A stretch of DNA of 53,741 nucleotides from Aplysia californica (taxonomy: Eukaryota): contig NW_004797886.1 of assembly GCF_000002075.1 (NCBI RefSeq), positions 379,493 to 433,233 on the forward strand, in the 5' to 3' direction. The position numbers and the translations under genes are program-made. Below, piece after piece: positions 13,101 through 25,100 of the stretch. Position 1 is the stretch's first letter. The number at the start of each line of letters is the position of its first letter. The notes beneath the pieces were generated by a model that was given only the letters and a program-made list of their open reading frames with translations, was not told the origin of the DNA and did no database searches.

Positions 13101-16100
13101 TCTCAGCCCAGATAGGTAATGTTAAGTAGCGTACAGAACAGTTTTATTTTGACTCTGGTTAACTGTAAACTCCATCGTAAGGGAAGCAGGAGAACCAACC
13201 AGTTGTTTGTGTGTGGCTGTATTTATTCCTATACTCGAAGAGTATCCCAAATTGAACTCCCTGCATACCCAACATATTTCACATTACTTTCTCCTGAGGA
13301 CCTCCTATTTCAATGCGCATTAAAAACAAACAAAAAACCCCCCTCAGCAATATGACTTAATGAGAAAGAGTTACGAATATAGCCACAGTAATAATTTCAT
13401 AAGGCTAATTCAAACTCTGAAACCATAATGGCTGCGGCAAAGGTGGGCAGGTGAAGCAGAACTTTGGCCGCAGCATATGTGGCCTGAGTAGGCGGTGAGT
13501 TAATACAAGTATTAAATTTAGGGACTACAGTATTCTTGCTATGTTTGACTGCTTTTTGCTTGCCTCATATTACCTACCAGCATGGGCACTCACTAACATA
13601 CCTGTATCTCCCCCGCCCCCACCCCCACCCCTACCCTTTCCTTTTCAATGCAATGCCCCCTCCATCCCCTTGCTTGTGGTTGGCTACTTCTCCCTCCTTG
13701 GCATGTGAACACCACCACCTCCGCCACCACCAACAGCACAAGAAACCTTCAGGCCCACCTCGTCGCTCCCCCAGTCGCAAACATCGGCGCAGCTGGGAGA
13801 GTGAGGAGAGCTCGGAGCACAGCGAGTCCCTCCCGGAGACGGCCATTCTAGTTTCCAACGGAAATTTTCAGATGCACTCTGGGAACCGATCGTCCAACAA
13901 CCACCTGTCTCTGGACAACAGCATGGAGGAGTACGGCAGGGACATGGAGGATCTCCACAACCTGGACAGCCCGACCATCAGGGCCAAGAGTATGCGGAGA
14001 AATGACAATCAGGCATTGGTCCTCAACGGTTTGGGCGCCCGGGACGGAGCTGGCAGCCCCCCACAAGGAAACGAAGCCACAGGCCTGGTTGATAAGTCAC
14101 CTTCTAACGGCATCAAGCTGTTTATCCCTCCGCTGGACCTGACCACCCTGCATGAGCACGTGGACGGTGCCGGTAAGGAAGACAGGCCTACTTTTTTTGT
14201 TGTTACTTTCATCAAATTTATAGATTGTAAGTTCTGTGTCAGATGCGACACAGATTTCACCATTAGACACATCTTAACAGAATACCCTGATTTTGGAGAG
14301 ACCCGAAGAAAGTATTTAAAATGTTCTAAATTAAAGGATTTGTTGTCCGACTTTGATCCCAACATAAATCTGATTTTTTTATATGTACATTTTCATTTTT
14401 ACATTGAGGTTTTTACCATGAATTTTTAACATTTAATCAGATCATTGACCAAAATGAAGCCATGCTAAGAACTGTCGTGAATACAACCAACTTGTCTTTC
14501 GCGGGCTCATATGACCTTATGCAGTTGCGAGCACCGTAAAACGCTTACTAAACTATCAAAATAGAGTGTAAAATACATAGGGTTTACTGTTGAGGGGGAA
14601 CTTTTGCTGTTTATCAATAATAATAGTATTGAAAAATAAATAGCATTTGTATAGCACATATCCTCTCTCTACAGCCATCTCTATGCACTTTACATTCTAC
14701 ATTAAATTTACACCAGCATACCCTAGAACACTAGGAAATTTGTCTATTTCATGGGTTGCATACATTATTACTATTATTTTTTAAAATTTCCTGATTGTTT
14801 TCGCTCTGGAGAGCAAAAACGGAATAATTTTATTTGACTTGCTGTGGCTCATGTCATGAGCATGTAGCTGGAGCCAGTAAGACTTTCCTACTTTTGTCTT
14901 ACTGGTTTCAAATTTATACTTTCCAGGGAGTGATTTGATCTAGGAGAGGAGATAATGAATTATTTTGATTGACTTACAGTGGCTCTTGTTCACTCTCTAG
15001 GGCCGTTAGTTGTTAATGCTTCAGCAACCTGATCTCTTTCCTGAACAAATGAAATGTTAAAGAAATTGGTTTGCCCACTGGCTTGAAAAGGATCTCTTTA
15101 CTTGAGTCCTTGGTTTTATCTTCTTGTTCCTCCCAGTTGTTGAAAGTTGATCTAGGTTGGATATTGTGGCTCAGTAGTTAGGTATGAATAAGAGAAAGAA
15201 TCATTTTAAAAAGTAGCGCATTTATTCCTCCCTTAAATGTTGTGTCTTTCAATCTCTCCTTTTTTTGTGTGTGTTACTTTCTGTAACACCTCCAATCTTC
15301 AACACTTATGTGACGCATTTGTGTTACAAGTGTCTTAAAACTCTTAGTAGAACTAAAACTTTTGCTTTTAGGTGGATAACAAAGTAAAATGTAGGAAGGC
15401 AGCTCAGGGCTTATACTAGTATGGGATAGAGAGCTATATAAATGCAATCTATTATCTGTTATTATTATTATTAAATAGATTTAAGGGAGAAATAATTACT
15501 GCACTCCCGACTATTTGCCTGCATGTCTGTCATCATTCTTTCAGGGTTAGCTCAGTTGGTATTATGCTGGATTATGGAGCAGATGGCCCTGGTTTGAATC
15601 TTAGACTGGATTGAACTTGGGTTATTTTGTAGAGTTTGCAGCACTCTGAACCCATTTGGCTCGGTCCTATCAGAGTTGAGGAGGTCCCGCCTCTTAAATA
15701 ACCTAAAAGTGTTAAGGGATTAAACGCTTACCCTTACTTATACTTTCAGAGCCAATCCCAGTGACCAAGGGTCAGTTAGATCCTCAAAAGTGGATGACCA
15801 ACAATCAGCTGGGAGCCACTGAAGGAGACAACGTGGCTGTCATTTCTCCAAGATCAAACAAACTGAAAAAGAGAAATGGGTAAGCTGAAAATGAAATATA
15901 AGTGCATTTTCATTTCTGCGCCCTCTTCCCTTCCCTGCCTTTGCGCATTTATGATTGGTCTCAGGATAAATTTGCACTTTAAACTTTCTTTCTAAATATT
16001 TCTTTCTTTTCTTTGTTATATGTGCGCTTTGCATTTCCATGTTTTAGAGATAGATATTCTGTATGTTCTCTCTCTTGACTGTGGTGTTTAGTGCTCTTTC

Positions 16101-19100
16101 AGAAATAGGAAACTTGTTATCTCTGTGTTGCATCTGTTCTTTTAGCTGAAATTTGGAGACGCCAAACGTGCCAGGCCAGCTGAAAGGCTTTGTTAGTGAA
16201 CTATTGCATTCCTTGTTCGCATGCGTAAAAGTTTTAAGTATTTTGCCTTTGAAGCTGTACCTTTAATACTCCGAGTTGAAACATGAAAAAGCAAGAATGA
16301 GTGTCAACTGTTTTTTGTATGTTTGCATAACGACTATGTTTACCTTAACAATCTGTGCTGTGGCTTCACATTTTGCTCGAAAGGTTTTATCATGAATCTT
16401 CTTCTGATGTAGATATATTTGTTTGCTTTCAGAAAAATGTTAAGACGATATATCCTATGGCAGATCTGAACAAAGCATTTAATATTTTTAATGATAATAA
16501 AATAAATAACATTGATATAGTGCATATTCCCCCTGAACTGCGTACTCTTTACAGTTTATATTATAACCCCAGCAGATTCTAGAACACTTCCTGTAAAGCT
16601 GTTTGACTGACCAGTTGAACTATGTTTTCTATGTAATTTTGCCTGCTCATAATCTCATCTGTTGTTTATATCATTTTGGATGTTCTGGGAATTAGTTGTT
16701 CGAATGTAACATTAATTTTCGTCATGCTTCTGGGGAGTGTAAGGAACTGGCTATCATTTGAGAGCTGTGACTGAGTCAAAGTTTTCATCTAAATAGAACA
16801 GCTTTTAGTTTTCATCGGATATAAAGAAAACAAAGTACGTTCAGAGTTTTTTTTGCCACCAAGGTTTATTTGTGTGTGTTTGTGGGGGGAGGGGGAATGA
16901 TGAATCAATGATAAATTTTGTCTCGATGAGAGACAGAGAGACCCTTTTTACTTCCTTTCCCATGAGCTTTTACACTTGCAGCACTTGCGACTAACTCCCA
17001 TTGTTGTGTAAATCACACATAATTAATAATTATAATGGAAGCAACCTTTCCCCCTGTGGATGAACTGTGTAAGACCTGTTTCTGCTTCTCTATTACTCTG
17101 TCCGTAAACCTGATAATATATTTTGGATGAAAACTGAAACACCCTTCAAAGTTGAAAGATTTGCAAAATGTACTTTTGTATAAAAATTGGGTCTTGTTTT
17201 ATTTGATCGTAAGAGATGTTAAATGTTTACCTTACAAAATTCTAGAATGCTTGATCTCACGTGAATGCATGGAGTCTCAGGTGTGCTTTATGAGTGGTAA
17301 ATTGTGAATGGATGAGAGACCTGTTTCGTAATAGATTAATTACAGTGCCTTTTGTTCGATGGTGTCAAAGATTAACTGTTGGTTAAACGAAAACATATTT
17401 AATACTTGTATCACATTTGACATTTTCCTCTGACTTTGAAGCGGTTGGGATACAGAATTGACTGTGGAGGCTGACTCTGTCGTCATGGAGGCTCCCATGT
17501 CGCCTAGTGCTGCTTTTGGTAGCAGTAGCTATTTCAGGTGATTCTTTTCACCATATTTATATGACCTTCTTGTCCAAACTGAAACTAGATTCTATATTCT
17601 ATTCCCAAAGCACCTTTTTATTTGATAGTTTCAAGAGCACCGGGGTATATTTTCTGAAACACTTGAGTGGGAGTGGTAAGCTTATGTTCATCCTCATATT
17701 AATTGGTTGAGCTATATTTACCGTGATGTGTAGGGCGCTTGGAGGTGCTTTGGTAGGTTCCACTTCTGTCTTGATAATGTTTCCCATGTCTTTGTTCATT
17801 TGTTACTCATGTTACTCAGACCACCAACTTGTACTGACAGTAGGAAGCTGTTGTAACTTAAGTGCTGTTTGTATGAAGGAGTCGAGGATCACTGCAGTCT
17901 TGAAAGATGCTTTGATTTACAGGATTTATATCATGTGAATTGTTGTTTTCATAATGTTTGTTGTACGAAAGCTTTTTGCCACACTGTAATAACAACAAAA
18001 ATGTTTAGGTCAGTTCTTCTTCCTTGTAATTAATCATTTTCATTATGCTGAAAATTCAAAAGCTTGATTGGAAATTAGTGTTAAGTAGGTGTTTCACCTT
18101 TCTTATTTTGACGAGTGATTAGGAATTCTTCAGTTCTCAGATCAAGGGAATCTGATCAAATTTTAAGCCAGTGATCCTTTGACTCAAAGCAATACCAAAG
18201 TCTTGATTAGACTTACTGGACATATTACCTCCTTAGTTTTGCTGCTTTGCTTCAGTTGCTTGCACACGCCTGTGTGCGTAGTCCTAAGAGCATGTTTTAT
18301 GGGGTTTCATGTTTTTTTGGGGGTTTTTTTACCCTTTATTTTTGTCACTCTCACTTCACCAGGGAACTTTTGCTGTATTTTTTCAACATGTTTTGGTGTT
18401 TGCTGTGCATGATCCCTGTGGAGTGACTAATCCTGACTACTAATCCTTGCTTGATTCACCATCGAATTATTACCATCTTTTCTTTTCTTTTCTTTTTTTT
18501 TTTTTGTCTGTCTTCGACAGCTTTCTTTAGCAAGTTATTTGTTGGATTTAAGGCAAATCTTCCTCCTCTCTGACTAACAAGACAAGTAGCTGGTACAAAG
18601 CGACACCAGTACTTTTTTGTGAACTCTTCCAATAGGCGTTGTTTGTACTTGTTGCTCCGTTTATTCAAAGTCCTCCAGACACTGAGGGCAATAGGTGCAC
18701 ACTCACATGCCTGTTTTTCCTTTTCAGTCTCTCAGAGTTGTTTGGCCTCTGTTGTGATTAGCCTCTGGATGAACTGTTTAAAGCTTATTTATTTTGTGTT
18801 TCCAATTCTTCCAGTGTCACGAATGTTTGCCTACATTTATCTTTTAGTTTTCCAGCACTTCTGAGAGGATCATTAAAAACTTTGAACTATTCTATTATAC
18901 GAAAATGAGTCACATCCCATGCTTTTTTCCCTTTCACGTACCCTCATGTTACATAAAATCACTTGAATAATTGTACTTACTTTCCATTAATTTGTGAATT
19001 GATTGTCGCCTTGGCAGCTACTATGAAATGAAAACTAAATTAGCACTCCTGATAAACAAATGTTTCACTCAAAAGCACACCATCAGTTGTAGAAAGGGAA

Positions 19101-22100
19101 AAAAATAAATAAATCTGTTCCAAGTCTTGATGCAATCCTTTTGATTTAAAAAGATGTCTTCAGTCAACTAGCAGTCAGCGTTATCAAAGTCATGAGTGGT
19201 CAGAGCACACTAGTCATTGTTGTCACTAGCAATCCATTTAAGTCAGTTTGGGTGCTTTTTACGCTAGAGACAAAAAAAAAAGGTTGTTTTTTTTGTTACT
19301 GTTTCTATCAGGAATCATGAAAACAAGAGTATTGTAAGCCTTGACCATAGCTTTAAATTACACTTTGGTGATGTTGAAAGGTGCATCTTTGGTAGAGCTT
19401 TGGGAGGGTGTAAAAATTGAAAAGTTAAAAAAATTTAGACTTAAGTGGATTTATTGCGACACCGACATGGTGCTGAAAATGTTGGGGCAAGTGGAATGGT
19501 TCATGGAATGTAGCTTAATCTTGGCAAAGTGATCTTTGTAGCTCGGGGTACGAAATAGGTCAGTTTTGAGGTACTATATGACTCTTTTTCCATGGGCATG
19601 TTCTGGTACATGTTGTGCAGATGTGTAGATATTTGTTTTTATTTTTGCATCCCTAGTTGTATTTTTCACTCATTGTATTTCACTTCTCGGTAGTTATTTT
19701 TTTCTGAATGTAGCCATCCAGGTTGCACCTCCGTATCATGTGTCGGAATTAACTTCAATCTTTTTGGGGAAAAAATCCTCAAGCCCAATGCATGACGTCT
19801 TCTTTTTCATTAGATTTTGACAGTTAACCATTTGCTGCTTATATATCTAAGTTGAAGTTTTATTATTATTTTTTAAAGTTGGTTTTATTTGCATTTTGGG
19901 TGCTGTTAGTCTGAGCAAAGACCATGGATTATCAGAGAGATTCCACAGCTGTTTTTTACAATGCTAGGGACCCTCCCTGTGGTTGTGAAAAATATGATGT
20001 GCCGATGTTGTTGAATTATTCCCCTTAGTGGTCTCGTGTTGGAAGGAACAAAGGGACAAGAGCTGCCTGTCTCATGATTGTATATGGTCCTCTGCCACAG
20101 TTAGCATGCCCATTGTTATTCACTATTTTTTGCATAATAGTTTTTTTGTTTAATGTATGATTTTTTGTTTTATGTTGAGAAGGTTTTATGCTTTCTGCAT
20201 GAGCGTTTTATATCTTCTACTGTTAGATTGCCTTGCACTACCATTTCTAAATTTATTACTGAAGCTTTGTTGATCGTAGTAGGTTTCTTCTGTTGAAATC
20301 AGATGTCAGTGGAAATAAGTGATGTTCCTCTTCAAGTTGTATCTAATAACTGAATGAACAAATGCCTACGAGTGTGGAGACTGATGACAGTGGGAATGTG
20401 CTTTCTTTCTTGTTTGTTGTTGTTTTTAAAAATAAATTTATTTCTGTCCGCTAATGTGTTAGTTGCTGACCTTTCAGTCTCACAAAGTGGCTTGAAGTTG
20501 GATATTTGTGAGGCACCATGGGAAAATCAGTCGCTCATGGCAAAAATAAAAGCATGGACAAATCACATTTTCATAAAGTATGTTATCTCCTGGGTAAATT
20601 AAGCATGTACTGATTTGAAATATGTTAATAATAAGCTGAGATATAGCATTTTGAGTTAGTCACCCCCCTGGGATTTCGGAAAAATCTGAGTTTGAAGGTG
20701 GGACTTTGTCTGCAACACGGATGATGTTAAAAAATCTTCTATAAACACACATTTGTAGTTGCTTTTCAAGAATATTATTTTTTCAGAATATATAGATAGG
20801 ATTGTGAAGTTTTTCATAAAGTATAGCACTCATTTTTCATCAAAAATATATATTTTCTCACTGTTGGATGACATGTCAGATCCAGGACTAGCAACATCCG
20901 ACTGATTTCCCCCGGGCCTCACATTTGTCTTAGNNNNNNNNNNNNNNNNNNNNNNNNNNNNNNNNNNNNNNNNNNNNNNNNNNNNNNNNNNNNNNNNNNN
21001 NNNNNNNNNNNNNNNNNNNNNNNNNNNNNNNNNNNNNNNNNNNNNNNNNNNNNNNNNNNNNNNNNNNNNNNNNNNNNNNNNNNNNNNNNNNNNNNNNNNN
21101 NNNNNNNNNNNNNNNNNNNNNNNNNNNNNNNNNNNATATGAAAATTCCAATAAGCTACTTTATGATGTTTTTAAATTGTACAAATTTGCAGTGAGTGTTG
21201 ATATTGGTAGGAATTTTTGTTTCTGTTTCGAAAAGATGCTCATGCAAAGTGTTGGTTTGTCTTGTGCAGGGCCTCGGTGAACACAGACATCCCACCATCT
21301 CCGCCAGTGCATCAAGACTTGTACAAGAAACACAGGTGTGTTGTGGTTTTTTTCCTTTTGGTTGTCACTTTAACATACTGAGATATTTTTTTAGGGGAAG
21401 CTTTTTTTCTCTCTAAAGGGCCTTAAAAAGGTAAAGGGGGGCAAGTTTGTAGGGGTTTTTTTTGTCGTTGCTATTTCTACCCTTCTTACCTCTTTTTATT
21501 CTTTTGCCCCCATAAGGGTAAATAAAAGTCTTTATTTCAATTTTTTATAGCAGGTATCAACCCTAAGTTCGTGTAGCCTACTGTTGGGAAAAAATATTTG
21601 TTGAAAAATGTCTTTATTGTTACTTTAGGGTTTGTGTTTAATTAGATGAGTATAAATAAAAAATGGCTTGCTTCTGTGTTTATTCTGGGAGATTTTGCAT
21701 AAGATTCTTTTAAAGCTCCCTTTCGTACTACGTCCTAGTGTGCAAATCTGGAACTGTATCAGCTGTTATTATGAGTCAGTGAGTGTCCTTTGATCATCTT
21801 TGTGATGTTACAGAAGTTAAGGAAATGTACCTTTTCTTTTATATTTTGTACAGTGATGATGACTGCAGCCATCGCCTCCGTCAACTCACCAAGAAAATAC
21901 AAGGTAAGTACATACCTGTAAACTACCACCTGAACAGAATCGACACCGGAAACCCATCAATGAATTTGCTTTGTGACCATGTTTACCAAACAGTCCAACA
22001 TCTGGTCTTCAAATGTCCCAAACTGTCTCCGACAGCAACTTCTTCCTCCCGTCCCTGTCTCAGACAATATACTCTACTCTATTGCAGCAAAGAACAAATG

Positions 22101-25100
22101 TGGAAGCCCACCACTTTTTTAAACACTGCATTGGGCTGAAGGGCACACGCTTTAAGGCTGCTGCATAACGAAGAAGAAGAACAGGCTGATATTTCCTAAA
22201 TAAACTCAAATGTAAGGTTTGCATTTTCAAGCCGTGAAGCCATCTTTATGTGGGAGAAACATCGACTGTAATTTTCAAAAGCCTATATTCTTGTTTCCTT
22301 GTAGTATGTTGCTATTCATTGTTATTTTGATATTTCCTTTTGATATTTCAGGCTTGAAAAAGAAAATTAAGCACTTTGAAGAAGGTTTCGAAAAGGATCA
22401 TGGATACAGGGTATGTACCAGCTCATGGTTTTTAAGATATGTGAAGTATTTTCAGTTGTTGCCCTCTGTTTGTTCAATTTTTGCCCTTTTATCTTTGGTT
22501 AGTGTAACTAACGAACTGAGATGTTTTCTGAAACTTCAGATGTGAGGCCTAGAGATGGAAATGGAAATGTTTTATTATATATTTTCTGCTTTGGTTAAAA
22601 AAATTTTTTTTTTCTTGAAAGTTCAAAGAAGGTGTGCTTGCTCATTTACTTTCAAGTATATAGTGAAGCTGTCTCGTTGTTTTGGCTGTAAATGTATTTT
22701 CTCCATTTCTCTCATCAGCCGTCTCAAGGGGAAAAAGCTGCCCAGCCAGACATAAAGAAATACATGAATGAATTGTCAAAAGCAAGAAAAGACTTGAAAC
22801 GTAAGTTGATGACACTTTTCCTTTGCCAACATCCCTCTATTTTATTATGTCTGTCGACAGAATCTGAGTGCAACATTGGAAAGTAAAAGTTCAGATTTTA
22901 TCTTGAGTGTACAATTTGTGGGACATTCTCAAACTAGTTTGATGGTAACGTAAGTGATAGTCGTAGTTCTGTTTACCATCATCCTCTTTATGCTGCCTGG
23001 ACTGTCTGAGTAATCTCTTTGTAGCTGCACTTTTTGTCTTTCAATTTTACAAGGCATCGTGACTTCCTCAAATGTTTTGTGTTGTGACAGACACAAACTC
23101 TAGTTTTAGAGATATAATGCACAAGACTGATGTCATGTGTGTTTGGACACCAACCGATGTCCAAGTTCCTTTATTCAGCCGTGACAGAGATGGGAACAGG
23201 AGCAGGTTACTGAATATGTGCTTCATGAGCATAGTAATTTAACTTGAGTATAGTACATAGAGTTATCCCAGTCAGTGGGCAGGGGGTGCTCTGATGTGGT
23301 TTGCTCCTTCTGTCCAACCAAACATCTGCCATCCTTATCTCTTCTCCTTTTATTCTTTGTAAGTTACTCTCAAGTAACACTTCTAATCATTGGCACTTGT
23401 ATGACGTAATTGCGATGCAAATGTCGTCAAACGCTTGCTAAAATTTGAAACTGAATGCATTGCTCTTATCTTTACCACAGGCTTAAAGGAAGACACAGAA
23501 AAAGGAAACCGGTCTCGACACAACAGCGGGGCTTCGTCATCAGGTGTGGAGCTATCCCCACCAGCCACACCGTCCGTGTCCAACACACTGGAGTTTATCC
23601 TGAAATGTTTGAAGGAGAAGCGGAGAGATTCTGGAAGGCCTGAGGAGGTTTTGGTAAGACACTGTTTGGTTCTGGATGATGTTTATGTCATGAAAAAGTA
23701 GTCCTTTAGGCTGCCACCTGGGCCAAATTCAAAATTTAGAAACATTTCCCCACCATGAAAAATATCGGTCACACCTGTAAAATAGTAAAGACATACCCTT
23801 CCTGGGTTGTAAATGTTTTCACTGTCTCTCCTGTCTGAGTATATGAAGGAAGTCAAGGTCTGAAGGGAGAGAAATAGTCCTTTTGCAATTTACTTCCCCA
23901 TAATGTACTGTCCAGGCATAGCTGAATCATGCTTTAAGATCATCTGTCATTTTGCAACAAAAAAAAAATGTTTATATGAGGCATAAATACTTGCTGTTGT
24001 GTGTTCTTTCACCAGCAGGAAGGCACACCGTTAGCTCAGCTGGTATTGTACAGGGTTATGATATGGGTGACTGCAGTTTGAATCTCCAAAAGGTTGTTCT
24101 CGAACTTGGGTTTGTAGGAGGTTACAAGGTTCTCCACCCCTCACCTGGCTCAGGCCTGTTAGAGATGGATGATAAATTTGGCAGTCCTACCTCTTGAATG
24201 ACTGAACTGTGTGGAATGAGGCATTAAAGCCATACAATTACAGTAACCAGTTTCCCTTTTTATTTTCATTCTTCCTTGAGGCATTCAGCTTTGCAAAGCC
24301 TTGTTAGTGGGAGGTTGGAGGGGGCCACTGGTCGGTCCTACTTCTTTACTTTCCCTCTGTTGTTTCTGTCAGACCTTTTCCCAGAACTAAATGATCATGG
24401 TTGTGTCAATGTGCTTCTCTTTACTTAAGCAAACGAACAAAGCCTTGTATTATCTTTGACTGTACCTTTAGAAAAAATGAGTTTCGTGTTGGGAGATTTC
24501 TTCCCTATTTAAGGCACTCCAGTTGTAGCTATTGCCTTCTTTATGTCATTATTGAATGCAGCTTTAACTGTTTTGTGTTTTTTGCTTGACCCATCAGCTG
24601 ATGTCGAGAGAACAAGTGCATGACGAGAAGTTGGCCGTACAGAGAGCTTTGCTGCACTTTGAGGGACTGCATGGGAGGCCGGTGAGTGCACGTTTGAACT
24701 AGAACACAGTGGTTGGTTGGCGGGTGATCTGGTGTGGTTTGCTCTTTCTTTCCTATCAAACATCTATTGTCCTTATCTCTCCTTTTTTTATGTTTGTTAG
24801 TCTCTTGTGACACCTCTAATCTTTGGCACTTATATGACATTATGGTGTTGCAACTGCTGTAAAACTTTTACAAAAACAAATTAGCACAGTCCCAGTGATT
24901 GCTGTCTTTGGTGTGTTTATCAAGTTGTTTCTGTCTTCAGCAGTCAAGTTACTTAATTTGAGTAGCAAAATGTCTTGTACTTTTCTAGTCCTGCTGCCAA
25001 ATTGACACTACTTTCATTATTCTTGTAATGTGAACGAAAATTTAATGATACTAATAATAATCGAGATAATTCCTATAGGACCTAATCCCCACTAGGCGTT

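Noticed and set aside
13536-14429. 297-aa ORF as a standalone gene
   Set aside because: Only 13737-14172 is exonic; the flanks are intronic read-through.
15546-15620. tRNA gene candidates (also 24028 and 43044)
   Set aside because: A/B boxes are present but there is no cloverleaf, and a shared SINE body follows.
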